A stretch of DNA of 64,000 nucleotides from Eledone cirrhosa (Eukaryota): positions 166,594,001-166,658,000 of the forward strand of contig OZ024740.1 of NCBI GenBank assembly GCA_964016885.1, in the 5' to 3' direction. The stretch's first letter is position 1. Each line of letters starts with the position of its first letter. Below, piece after piece: positions 25,887 through 38,496 of this stretch. The notes beneath the pieces are model-generated. The model made no database searches. It worked only from the letters and a program-made list of their open reading frames with translations, and was not told where the DNA came from. The translations under genes were made by a program, and so were the position numbers.

Positions 25887-27481
25887 GCTACTGCTGCTGC
25901 TGCTGCAGCTATTGCTGTTGTCGTTGTTGCGTTTCTGCTCATCCCATTATTACAGATATATGAGGATACAACTTATGAAGAATAGTTGTATTTAGTTAAA
26001 ATAATTCCAGCAGCCAAATTGATTCAACATTCTCCAGTTATATATAAAGGTGAATCGAAACGTAAAACAGAATATATAAATAGTGCGACACATCTATTTC
26101 GGTGTTCTCTAGTAAACATAAAAAAAAATGGTTGTTACTAATATTGGAACGAGGGCAACATTTTTGTAAGGCTATATAGACGATTACATTTATTCTGCTA
26201 TTTATTCGACCAACATTGAAGGAAGTGCAGTAAAATTGTTTCTTATGTGATTTGAATAGCGTATGTAAAAGAAGGTAAATAAGTATTGCAAAGTGATTTT
26301 GCCACAAATATGCTTATCTTGTATTTCACTGGCATATAAAAATGGCTCAAATATTTTGTTGAGTTTATAATCGATAATATCGAATCCTATACTTTCATTT
26401 TATTGACACAAGACGAATGAGGAGTGGCTTTTAATGTTATCCGAACGCATCGCATAAATACAAATTACTAAATGATAAAGATGTTTAATGGACACTAACA
26501 ATTTAGCCACCCTTGATCATAGAAATGATAGCATTGAGGAGTTATAAGACATTTTTAATAATGATTTTTTTTCATTTAGACGTTAGGTCACGCGTTCGTT
26601 TGTTTTTGATTATATTTATCAACTCTATCAATTTACTGGTTTTTATTTTAGTGAATATGAATGGTTGAATCTCAAAGACAAACTGGTCCCGGGTATTAGA
26701 ACCCACATATTTTTATAATGTTTTCTCGTACTTATGTCTAACATTAGCGAAGGGACATACATTAAAAAGCACACCGAGTTACAACAGCAAAAGAACACTG
26801 GTGGAATATTCAATATCAGCAGCAGATATGTAACATATTTGCTGGTGATGTTGAATTCTCCGCCATGTGTTCAATCATCTTTACTACCCATTCATTAAAT
26901 TAAGTTGTAAAATCCTGAATATGATGCAACTACATGAACTTAGTTCTCAAAACAAAGAGGTGTGACATAGTACATAGTAAATTAAAACCTTTGAATTATA
27001 AGTACAGCTTATCCGACGTGTCCTGGCGTAATGTTCATCCAGTTAATTTTACATACAAGTCGAGAAGTACTGCACTCAAACTGAAAGTCATTTGCACAAG
27101 ATGTGCAGTGAGAATAAATCAGAAATCTCATGCTTTATATCTGCTATATATGATACGAGCTCTATACATTTGAAAATGAATCCCAAATCTCTTTTAACTC
27201 AGATTTTCGTCTACGTATAAGATAGATTTGTTTGAGATAATCTATGTATTGATAAGTCGGATGATAACGCATAAAATGCTTTTGATCATAGGTCAGCTCC
27301 GTTAAGAATTACCTGCGTCTAAACAACAACTAAATATGATATTGATATGGTATGGATCTCATATATGCATTCAGCTATCCAAACAGTGCGTAAACGGAGA
27401 AGAAAAGTTGCGACTGAATAATGTTTTCTCTTGAAAAGAAAGACCAATACACATAATATACAACAGATAGAACCATAAACA

Positions 27482-27700
27482 TAATCGTTACTACTTTAGG
27501 CACAATGCCAGCAGTTATCCAGTGCATTACTGGTACTTTATTTTATCGACCACGGCGGGATTTGAACTCAGAATGGAAAGGGCCGTAATTCTATGCGTCA
27601 AAGCCTGACGTCCGACCATCCATGCTTTGACGCATAGAGTTACGGCCCTTTCCATTGTGAGTTCAAATCCCGCCGAGGTTAACTTTGCCTTTCATCCTTA
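27482..27700. mobile_element. Head-to-head pair of family-A SINE fragments
   Basis: 27482-27617 is a minus copy and 27620-27700 a plus copy of the SINE body. Confidence 0.8.
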
Positions 27701-28344
27701 AAACCGTAAAACTAATATGATACCGTCAGGCACGTACCACAAATACACACGCAAAACACACACAAACACACTCGCACGCAGACACAAACATATAAACTAC
27801 ACAAAAGTGTACATAATTTTAAACCACATCCATGTAGAATGGCATATCTTACTCAGTAGTATTTGGCCCAATCACATTACTATATACCCTTCTATATTTT
27901 ATACTTGTGATGTTGATGTAGTAATGAATAATTAAGGTTTCGTCCGATGATCCCCTGTGTACACAGGTAAAACTCTAGAGTAACAAGTCTCATCAAATAG
28001 CCATAATAAAGAGTAAAATATATATTCAAACACCAAAAAGTTGCATACTTGCGCAAGTAGGATTGTTAATATTGGATTCATAGAAACATATCGGAGAAAC
28101 GAAGATCTGTCTCTGATAAGGTCCAGGTTTGCTTTTTATTAACCTGTTGGCTTTCTCGTTTCTTCGGTGTCGTAGCTGGGTCTGCCTGCCACAGGTTTCA
28201 ATTTGTCATACCATCTAACGAATGTTATTAATCTGAGACTCCGCATCGAGTGCTTGGCAGCACATTCCTCGCTGTATCTCGTTGGCTTGGCTACAGTTGA
28301 AGCTTAGATTTTACCAAACTTTCATTTATATATATATATATATA

Positions 28345-28406
28345 CACTAAGTACTGAGTACTTTGGTGCGTCATGGTCCATCTGGTTCCTTACCACAACT
28401 CCTCCG

Positions 28407-28408
<2 letters not shown>
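28345..28408 (+). mobile_element. Micro-PLE 3' end only
   Basis: Near-identical to 15049-15108; (TA)n on both sides. Confidence 0.65.
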
Positions 28409-28454
<46 letters not shown>

Positions 28455-28456
<2 letters not shown>

Positions 28457-28805
28457 GTAAATGAAGGGGAAGTATAAAGATCGCCTTCGATCACGAATGA
28501 CTATGGGATGTTCCCCTAGAATGTTCCCCCTCCGAGGGACAAGTCGAGGCAACGTTGTTTATGGAAGACCAATCGTCAGCAATGCATATTGGTCTCCCTT
28601 CTCACGCTACCAATTTTCTCCAAGGGAATGGGAATGGCCGATACACCTCAGCACCGGTGACGTCGCAATTCATTTCTACAGCTGAATAAACTAAAGCAAC
28701 ATGAAAAGTGTCTTGCTCAAGGATGCAATGTATCACCCGGTCCGAGAATCAAACACACCCACATGATTGCAAACACAACGCTCTAGCCACAAAGCCAAGC
28801 GCCTT
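28455..28805 (-). mobile_element. tRNA-derived SINE, family B
   Basis: Minus-strand head AGGCGCTTGGCTTTGTGGCTAGAGC..GATTCTCGGACC, then CCTTGAGCAAGACACTTT, shared with 48197. Confidence 0.75.
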
Positions 28806-28855
28806 CTTTCTCTAACTATCACACACTCAGACACACAAACACATACACACACACA

Positions 28856-28977
<122 letters not shown>

Positions 28978-29886
28978 TAAGTTTGTGGTGCCGAGACAGG
29001 GGAGACCACAACAAATGGGAAGGAGCAGGGTGGGTATGTATAAGCGGGAAAGGAATGAAGATAGCGTGGGAACTACATAAATAATCAGTGGATACATCAA
29101 CAGTAGAATGATAAATACAGGCGTATAAACGCGTACGTTGATATTTGCATACATATCTGCATACATACCTAAATACATGCTCGCATACATCAAACAATAA
29201 AAAGAAAGTCGAATCAAATAAAATGTCTTCAAGATCAAAAGAATTCAAGGATTATTATTCACAAAAAGACACAAACCTACTTTTGAAATCTTTACAATTA
29301 AACAACACTTTAAGGAAGGCTTAAAAAAACACTAACAGAAAATTCTGAAAGGAATGTTTTGTTTTTTTTAATATTGTTTCTATTATGCAGACATCATTGC
29401 TATTTCACGCTACACTGAGGCTTCTTTGTGATTTTATTATCTGAATCATAGTCTCAGACATATTTTTTTCTTCTTCTCACGGATGTATAAAATCTCAGGT
29501 TTGCAGGCTAGTAAAACGTTTAGAAACCAGCCAAGAAGGAGGGCCCTAATCGGTCATTTGACTTGCTAGAAATAGCTAACAAATACCTTCAAATAACAAA
29601 GGTAGACATTTAACAATGTTGGCAAAAATATACAGAAAAGATTTTTTTTTTAAATGATAATCAGCGATAAGAAACTTTTTATCATACGTTTACATAAGCA
29701 GAGCTAAATAACTGAACACAATAATGAGAACAACAAAAGCAATGATATATGTACAGAAGTATCTGTTCAACCTAATGAAATTATATTACAGGCATTCTCG
29801 TGCCAGTAGCCATCTAGCGCAGAGTGGCTCCCTCATTCTGTCAGGAAAATACTGATGCGATTTAAAATTCAGTTACATTATTGGAT

Positions 29887-30070
29887 GGATTGGCGGTATC
29901 GATAGAGGGTTGGACGCCATGCATTGTAGCATAGAGTTATCCCCCTTTACTGTCTGAGTTCAAATCCCGCCGAGGCTAACTTTGCCTTTCATCCTCACGG
30001 GGTCAATAAAAAAGTACCAGTAATGCACTGAGATAATTGCTGCCCTTGTGCCAAAATTAGAAACAATTAT
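29887..30070 (+). mobile_element. SINE family A
   Basis: Full-length match to 3643-3833 with an intact GAGTTCAAATCCC B-box. Confidence 0.88.
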
Positions 30071-30099
30071 CGCAAACTCATGATAAAACTTTAGGCTCA

Positions 30100-31370
30100 A
30101 AAACAAAAATGTCTTGGCTACTTGATGGATCCTCTGTCGGTTTCAACGATGCGTATTCAGTTGTTACTGTTTCACAATGCGTATTCATCCGTCCAACGTC
30201 TGACGACGCTGTAAAACGGCATGCATTTGCCTCTGCAGATGCCGAGCTGCAAACCCACCGATTCTTCTGGGTTGATTTTTGTTCTCACCATCTTTTCATA
30301 TTCCTCGAAGTGGTTAGCGACCATCTAGATTTCCAATATCCAGCTCTGGCAAGATTCTTGCTATTCTGAACTTTATTGTGCTGGTTCCCGGTTACGCCGC
30401 ATAGATTTAAAATTTGTCTGTCCAGTAGGGGCCACATATTTGTTGAAGTGTAAAAGAATTGCTGTCTCTAGTGATGTGCTGCATGTCCGGCAATATGTTT
30501 TTCAGTGTTCTTTCAATTTCATAGGGAAATACTGCTTATGGCCGTTTGGTTTGTACCAAAATTGATTTATATATGAGTCTTTTTGGCAGTTGCTGCCACT
30601 ACCACGGATGAGACGGATATTTCGGCCCTAGTTTTGTCCAACTTGGCAAGTATAGTCAATTGTGCCACACATGTCTTTGTTCAAAGAGTCCAAATTGACC
30701 ATTTGAGTTGCATTAGGAGTCGTTCCTGCGAAAGTGTTGTTCATGTCGTTGTTATTGTTGATGTTATTGTTATTATGGTTGTTATTATTATTGTTGTTAT
30801 TGTTGCTCAAGTTATTGTAGTTGTTGCAATATGTGTTGTTGTTTTCTGTGTTACTTGTTACTATTATTTTTGTTGTTTTCTGTGTTACTTGTTACTATTA
30901 TTTTTGTTGTTTGGATTGGCAGTATCGGTAGAGGGTCGGACGTCATGCTTTTCAGCAATGAGTTACGGCCCTTTATTGTCTGAGTTCAAATCCCGCCAAG
31001 GTTAACTTTGCCTTTCATCCTTACGGGGTCGATAAAATGAAGTACCAGTAATACACTGGGATAGTTGCTGGCCTTGTGCCAAACGTAGAAACAATCATTT
31101 TTGTTGTTTGTTTCTGATATATTTGTTGTTCATGTGATGGTGATGGCGGTGTTAACATTTTTAGCAGTGGGAAATTCGTTTCATAAGTTTCCCGTGTTAT
31201 CATTTGTTAATGTAGCTGCTGCTGCTGTTACTATAGCTTCTGCTGTCACTGACTTTCAAAACTTTGCCGTTCTATTCTGCGGATGGCCGGCTCTTTTCGA
31301 CCAACTTGCTTTTTCTAAACAGAATTTGTGGGGTACGCTTGATAACGAAATCTCGATTTTTCCCTAAGGC
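30100..31370 (-). mobile_element. Decayed L1/Tx1 5' region (ORF1-like), interrupted by a SINE
   Basis: 30120-30250 resembles the knuckle region at 9005-9070 (GCATTTGCCTCTGCAGATGCCGAGC..); Asn/Thr-rich 5' part. Confidence 0.5.
30914..31096 (+). mobile_element. SINE family A with 14-bp TSD
   Basis: TSD ATTTTTGTTGTTTG at 30900-30913 and 31097-31110. Confidence 0.9.
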
Positions 31371-31504
31371 TTGCTGGTAGAAATAATCTAACCAGCTCAC
31401 GAAGATTAGTTATTTTAACTACAAAACAGAACAAACGTTCAATTCAATAAGTTAAATAACTGAAAATAGAGACAAAATTACACGTCTCCAGAAACTCAAA
31501 AACA

Positions 31505-31870
31505 ATAATGGTTTCTGATTTAGACACAAGGATAACCAATTTTGGAAGTAGTACGTCAATTAAATCGAGACCCCGGTACGTTACTGGTGCTTTATTCTAT
31601 TGAACCGCATAAAAATGAAAGGCAAAGCGAACCTTGGTGGGTTTTGGAATCAGAATGAAAATAGCTGAACAAATACAGCGTAGCATTTGTCCGACGTTGA
31701 AACAACTCAGCAAATCCACCACCTAGATAATAATAATAATTGTGTCTGATTTAGGCACAAGGCTATCAATTTTACTGGGGTAAGGGGCTTCATTAAAGCA
31801 GCCCCGGTACTTCGCTGGATATTATTTTATTGAACCAGGATGGGTAAAATATAAGGTTTTCTCTAGCATG
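31505..31870 (-). mobile_element. Two old, diverged family-A-related SINE copies
   Basis: Diverged matches to CTGGTACTTTATTTTATCGACCCC..AGGATGAAAGGCAAAG on the minus strand. Confidence 0.55.
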
Positions 31871-32150
31871 GTACAAAACATAATGTAATGAATTGAAATT
31901 AGATACTAAACAATATTGTGATCAGTATAACTAATATATTTAGCTTGCTTTCACTAATTTAATATTTGTAAAATATGAATTTCTATACTAACATATGTCT
32001 TAACATGATTCATGTCTGATTTTGAGAAATGTCGCAAGGCACTTTATTGAATGTTCAATCAAATTTGCTAATATTTAATTGAGTATAGCCTAATATTTAA
32101 AAAGAAAAATAAATTATTTCATACTTTTAGCTACAAATTCAATTCAATAA

Positions 32151-33353
32151 TCACTCTCTAAATAACATTTTTGTCACTCTGTCTGTCTGTCTTTCTATTG
32201 TTTTCCTTATGCATTCTCAAACGGCTCAACCAAATCAAATCAAATGTTACAAAGTAATAGTATTAAACCACGGAATTAACAACATATAATTTTTATTTTC
32301 ATTTGGATTAAAACACTATAATATTTTATCTAAAATAATTTACTGTAATAAACGGACATTTTATAATACGACGACGACGATGTCACATTTTGTATATGAG
32401 TGTGTATTTGCCTGTGGGTGTGTGTGTTTGCGCATTCGTTACATACGTTAGGCCTTAGTAAGGTACATACATACACATCTTCACGTAAATATTCATTCAG
32501 ATACACAGACATACACACACATCTACACATGTGATGACTGACAAGTATATGTGTGTGAGTGTATGTGCGTGAGTATATATACATTTCTGTGACGACTGAC
32601 ATAAGAAACGCTGGGGGTGAAATTGTGTGTTTATATATATGTATGTCTAAGTGTGTTTTTTATAAGTATGTGTGAGTGTATGTTCGAGGGTGAATCTATG
32701 TGTGTGTTTGTATGAATGTATGCCTGTGTATGTGTTATAAGTGTATGTTTGTGTGAGTGTAAATGTGCCTGTTTGTTTATATGTATATTCTCATACCATT
32801 AAATTAGCAGTTAATACATTTGCTCATGTTTGATTAATTTGCATATATTTGGTTAATTTACACTGCATACGAAAATAGAGATGTTGATACTTATTTGTTT
32901 ACAATATTGAAAGAAAATGTCTTTATTCTAAAAGTTCCTCTGATACCTACAGCCATTTGAATTGAAGAGGCTTCAGTTTCCCGTCAAAACAAGTTTTGTT
33001 ATTTCAAATAACTAATCTCAGGGCCACTCCATCAAGGTAGTTGGACTTGATCTCTCTACTACATGTTTCTCCCACGGAGAATGTTGGTTGCTCACGAGTT
33101 GGAAGCAGCAACAATTAATTCATTTGGACACCAACAAAATAATTACACAATGAATATTGTTTACCCTGAGGTGCTTCAAGATTGACAGATTGTCATATCT
33201 AGATTTTATTTTTATTACAATTTTGATATGCTAAAAATAGAATATAGATATTTTGAAATAATGATGAGAAAAAAAATGATATCTTCATATTTATTGTTTA
33301 CTAATCTGAATAAGAACAGCAGTAACCCGAGCAACGCCGGGTCATTCAGCTAG
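32151..33353 (+). mobile_element. Non-autonomous Helitron
   Basis: 3' hairpin ACCCGAGCAACGCCGGGT followed by CATTCAGCTAG|T. Probable 5' A|TC start with (TCTG)n and AAACGGCTCAACC; the 5' end is less certain. Internal helicase remnant. Confidence 0.85.
32900..33186 (+). pseudogene. Helitron PIF1-like helicase C-terminal remnant
   Basis: Manual translation: PFELKRLQFPVKTSFVISNN*SQGHSIKVVGLDLSTTCFSHGE / VGCSRVGS / TMNIVYPEVLQD*. Confidence 0.85.
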
Positions 33354-33560
33354 TGTATTATAAAACTGAATGAATTTTAATTATTACATTTAACGCACAA
33401 GAAGCACTATTAAGAGATTTTATATTTGTTAGGTGCATTTTAGGGAAAATTGATACAAAATTACAAATATTAATTTTGCAAGTATGTTAATATTTAACTA
33501 TCCTCAATATTAACATGCCATCACCATAAATAATATGGTATTCATTATATATTCATAAAT

Positions 33561-33680
33561 AATAATAGTTTCTACTGTTGGCACTAGGCCAGCAATAATT
33601 CCAGTGTATTACTGGTGCTTTATTTTATCGACCCCGTCAGGATGAAAGGCAAAGTTAACCTCGGCCGGATTTGAACTCAG
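33561..33680 (-). mobile_element. SINE family A, 3' half
   Basis: Reverse complement of the SINE from B-box to tail. Confidence 0.85.
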
Positions 33681-33823
33681 AAAATAAATAAAGAAAAAAA
33701 TATATAAAACAAACAAACAAACACAAAAAATAATCCCATATAGTAACTTAACAGTGGTTACTACCAAACCACTGCATATTGATTGAACGGGAACACATGT
33801 GTGATATTATCATATCCCAGAAG

Positions 33824-34004
33824 GGGGGATTGGCAGTATCGGTAGAGAGTCGGACGCCATGCTTTGACGCATAGTTACGGCCCTTGCCATTCTGAGTTCA
33901 AATCCCGCCGAGGTTAACTTTGCCTTTCATCCTTACGGGGTCGATAAAATAAAGTACCAGTAATGCACCGAGTCGTTGCTGGCCTTGTGCCAAAAGTAGA
34001 AACA
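33824..34004 (+). mobile_element. SINE family A with 18-bp TSD
   Basis: TSD ATTATCATATCCCAGAAG at 33806-33823 and 34005-34022; intact A/B boxes. Confidence 0.92.
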
Positions 34005-34092
34005 ATTATCATATCCCAGAAGAAAAGGATAATGAAATGCATAGTTGTCTTTATTGTGATCAGAAACTAGAACAAACCTAAATACGGGAAAT

Positions 34093-34273
34093 AACTGTTT
34101 CTAATTTAGGCACAAGGCAAGCAATTACCCAGTGCATTACTGGTACTTTATTTTATCGAGCCCGTAAGGATGAAAGGCAAAGTCAACCTCGGCGGGATTT
34201 GAACTCAGATCATAAATGGACGTAACTATGCTGGAAAGCATGGCGTCCGACCCTCTACCGATACTGCCAATCC
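34093..34273 (-). mobile_element. SINE family A
   Basis: Full-length reverse-complement copy. Confidence 0.88.
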
Positions 34274-34285
34274 ACCGGGAAATAT

Positions 34286-36025
34286 CACTGTGTAATATAT
34301 TTAATCGTTCCCTAATTCTAATTATGATTTCCTGGTTTTATGTGACCCATTATTATCAGAAAATACTATTATTTAATCAAAAGTTTGGATTTGTAGTCAA
34401 AAGTTTGATATTTTAAAATGTTCATATTTTTCAAGAAAAAACACATTTAAAAAAAAATTATCAGTTCATATAATTAAATCAACAGAGTATATATTTATTT
34501 TATTACACAAACTTATCAAAAGAAAACAAGTAAAAACAAATAACACTTATAAAGCAAATTATACACGTCAGAAATGACTGGATTTCCTGGATTTTCGGTT
34601 GTAGTCCAGGTCGCATTCCCGCACAAGCCTCCAGATATAGTCCCCCATCATTTTTTCATTGTAGTGGCCCTGGTACCTCCGCTCTATCTCTTTCACATAT
34701 TGGTGGAATCGTTTGCCTTGTTCTTCTGAGTAGGCGCCCATATTGTCCTTGAATTTTTCCAGGTGAGCGTCCAGCATATGGAATTTAAGCGACATCCTGC
34801 ATCCCATGGCGCCAAAAGCCTTTATCAGATCCTGCACCAGTTGCTGGTAGTTTTCAGCTCTGTAGTTGCCCAAGAAGCCCTTAACAATTGCCTTGAAACA
34901 GTTCCATGCTTTTCTCTGAATCTTATTGAGCTTATTGGAGAACTCGGTAGACTCAAACACCTTCTTTATCTGAGGTCCAACAAAAATTCCACCTTTGATT
35001 TTGGCCTCAGATAACTTGGGGAAGAACTCAAGAAGGTACTTAAAAGCGGCTGATTCTTGGTTGAGAGCCTTCACAAACTGCTTCATCAACCCCAACTTAA
35101 TGTGCAGTGGCGGCATGAGCACAATTCTTGGATCAACCAGTGGCTCTCACATGACGTTCCAGGTCCCAACTACAAATTCTGTTCGCTGTTCCTAGTTCTT
35201 TCTTTTGTAGTGGTCAAAGGTGGCTCTGCTGTCCCAAAGGCAGAGGAAGCATTGGAATTTGATAAAGCCGCCTTGGAGTTGAAGCAGGAAAGCCACCATC
35301 TTGAAGTCTCCAATGATTTCCCAATTGTACTGGTTGTATTGCAGAGCTTCCAAGAGGACTTTCACACTGTAGTAATCTTCCTTCAGGCAGACTGAATGAG
35401 CTAGGAGCAGTGTCGGGAACTTGTTTCCATTGTGGAGGAGGACAGCCTTCAAACTTGTGGTGGAGCTGTCTATAAATAGCCGCCACTTCTTGGGCACAAA
35501 CGTCACCCCAATAACGTCAAACAGTCCAGGCACGTCATGGCAGAAACAGAGGCCATCTCTAAGAGTGTAAAATCCTGAGAAAGGTTCGTATCGACTTCTC
35601 TGACTTGTCACCTGCACTTCCTCCTTGACCAAGTTCCACTGCTTCATCCTGGAGACGAATGCTTAAAACACAACTTACCCTTTATTCAGGGTGCGAAAAT
35701 CCAGTATCAATAAATCTCTTTAATCCACTTTTTAACAATTTTATACTTTATTGCACTTTTCTAATTTTATTTATAATACTCTTTATTTTATAATTTTAAT
35801 TTAACCTGAAACATATATAAAAAATCATTTAACGTAAGCAAATTAAACTTACATACAACGTAAAATCCAGCATACAAATAATTCTAGTGTATAGCTTAGA
35901 ATGTTTACAAACCCAAACTTTTAACTGTTTAATAGCAGTTTTTTTAAATTTATTTGGGACCTAAGCAACACAAAAAAGGGATTACAAGCCAGGAATAGAG
36001 AAAAACATGTTTTTGTTACACGGTG
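34286..36025 (-). mobile_element. Chapaev3-like (CMC) DNA transposon with internal deletion
   Basis: Termini CACTGTGTAA / TTACACGGTG; 3-bp TSD TAT at 34283-34285 and 36026-36028; transposase core inside. Confidence 0.8.
34568..35660 (-). pseudogene. Chapaev3-like transposase, N-terminally deleted
   Basis: WRLFIDSSTTSLKAVLLHNGN, IIGDFKMV, CFLCLWDSR, PPLHIKLGLMKQFVKAL, GIFVGPQI, MSLKFHMLDAH, SEEQGKRFHQ. One in-frame TAG at about 35192. Confidence 0.82.
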
Positions 36026-36654
36026 TATCTAATCTGTTGTTGTAGAGTTACTTCCATAATGAGTTCGTCCACAGCAGTAGGCCAGTTCTTGGAAGTCATG
36101 CAGTTGTAGTTAGATGCATCGATCGCGCTCTTCTACTGATATTTAATTAATTATATATCATAAAACTCTTTAGAGTCTCAATCATTTACACCGACGTATG
36201 TGTATCTGTAATGGATGTTTTATATTCTCTGTTCAATAACAATTTCTTCTCTTTTCTTCGTTTAATCTATATTTTAATACCCTTTTCGTGACACACCTGA
36301 AAACCTAACAACCTCTCATACCTAGCAATCCGAATTCGTAATAAGATATTTCTCTTTTAAATTATGTTTCTCTGATTACAATAATGGCTCTTTTATTCAA
36401 TCAAATAATAAATAGAAGCAAGGAAATCTATATCGGAAATGGTGCTTGTGGTAGGAGGAGCGGATGAACTGAAATAAATAAACAAATAAAATGATACGAA
36501 ATAATGGAAGCGAATAAACTGTCGTTTATTTATTCAAATAGACGTTTATTTAATCGTCTTCAGTAATAACTAACAACAGAACACCTGTTCTCTAACGAAT
36601 AGTTGTAATATATCTATTAATATCATTAAATGTAGCAGGATTGTATCACATACG

Positions 36655-36689
<35 letters not shown>

Positions 36690-36707
<18 letters not shown>

Positions 36708-37818
36708 ATGTATTTCCTTCTGTTTTATAATTTCACAAAGTTTTACCAATAGAGAGAGAGTCGATTTCTAACATAGACACAATACTCTCTCATTGGAATT
36801 TACACAATATGAACTAGGTAGATATGTATGTATGCATGCATGTTTAGATGTGGATGTTATTGCATGTGTGGTTATGTATGTTTTGAGTTGTATGTGTGCA
36901 TGTGTATATGCGATGCATCTGTACATGTGTATATACAGTTAGTAGATGGAACATTTTTGGAATGTTTTACATATTTTTACTGTTCCATTAATGGATTGTA
37001 CTTGTAATTTCCTAACTAGTTGTGTTCTTTCTGTTCCTGTGAAGCCTAGCTTCTCAAGATTTGTATTGAAGCAGTTACTAACATACCCAGTGCCCCAATA
37101 ATCACAGGCATAAATCTGAAGGTGTAATCAGGGTGGAGTATCTGCAGATTTCTCATCAATTCTGCATAAATATTCTCCTTTCCACTAATCTTTGATATAT
37201 TGGCATCTGCTGGGCAGCTAATTTCCACTACTGTGCATGCTTTCTTCTCCTTGTCCCATATCATAATATCTGGTCTGTTATGTCTGCATTTTATTGGGGT
37301 TTTTACTGGAACATTCCACCAGTACTATTTCATATTATGTACATGGATGTCTTCCACATTGCAGTAGCTTTTAATGTGTTTATTATCGGGGCTATCCTTT
37401 TTACGAACTGCATTGTACAGTGTTTTGGCCACTACATCATGCCTCATAGGTAGATAGTACCGCGATGACATCTTTGGACAGCTGCTGATGACATGGGTGA
37501 TATCCTCGATGTTAGTTCTGCAGAGTCTGCACTTGTTATCACATCTAGGGGTTTTGCCTGCCTCCCTCTCTCTTTTGTGAATCAGGTATTTTGTGTTAAT
37601 TCCTGTTCTTGGATTGCAAAAGCGTATCCTTCAAAGTGGGAGCCAATATAGCGGTTGTTGTTCCAAGATAGACTACTTCCTCTATCTATATTACTCTCAC
37701 TCTGGAGCTTCCTGGCAACATATCCATGCATGATCTTTTGCTGATAAGTATGCAGTTTTTCATCCATGGATTCACTGCGATACTGCTGAGCAACTTCCCT
37801 GGGTGTGAGTTGTTGATT
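36690..37818 (-). mobile_element. R4/Dong-type LINE 3' fragment (CCHC + restriction-like endonuclease)
   Basis: EGYAFAIQEQE, CRLC..EDITHVISSC, RHDVVAK, HNRPDIMIWD, VVEISCP, PVIIGALG; 3' UTR ends in (TACA)n. Confidence 0.88.
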
Positions 37819-38122
37819 ATATATGTATGTATGTATTCAACTATTTATACTTTTACCAGTATATATATATATAATTGAATATAAAAGAAAGACGAACACA
37901 GATATATACATACATGTGTTCAAATCGTAAGGCATCAGATTCGCTAAGGTGAAAATAATACTAACTATAGACAATAGGGTTTGCCTGACTCAATTTACCG
38001 GAATTGTGGTATACATCTGCGCTTCGATTATAACTAATATATATATATATATACTCTGCTCTACGAGAGCATCGAGTGCTCATACGGCCTACCGCATACG
38101 GACGCTTTAAGCATCCAACACC

Positions 38123-38161
<39 letters not shown>

Positions 38162-38166
<5 letters not shown>

Positions 38167-38496
38167 AAGAACACAAGAGCGTTTACAACATCAAAAGATT
38201 TTTATTGGCTTACAATATTTCTTCCTTACGTAACCAGAGCTATAAAAGGGGTTTGATTGGTGTTATGGACTCTACCAACCAAACATTCAAGAACAAAGAG
38301 TAAAGAGAGTAAAGAGCAAAAGTAGGGGACGATAAGTCTAATTTTGGTGCGGGAGGGTGGGGTGTGGTTCCTTGTTTACTAGCTGCGGTCATATTCATTC
38401 CCGGGAGTCGGGTGGTTAGCTGAACCATAGATGGGGTGGCGTCGATAGTATGGTGCAGAGGGTGCGCAGAGGCTACACAAACACAAAGGGCGTACA
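38162..38496 (-). mobile_element. Possible solo LTR in (TA)n
   Basis: 335-bp GC-richer island bounded by TG...CA, with a minus-strand AATAAA about 40 bp from the end. No second copy, PBS or PPT to confirm it. Confidence 0.4.

Noticed and set aside
33824-33910. tRNA genes at SINE heads
   Set aside because: A/B boxes are present, but there is no full cloverleaf and the sequence continues into a SINE body, tail and TSD.
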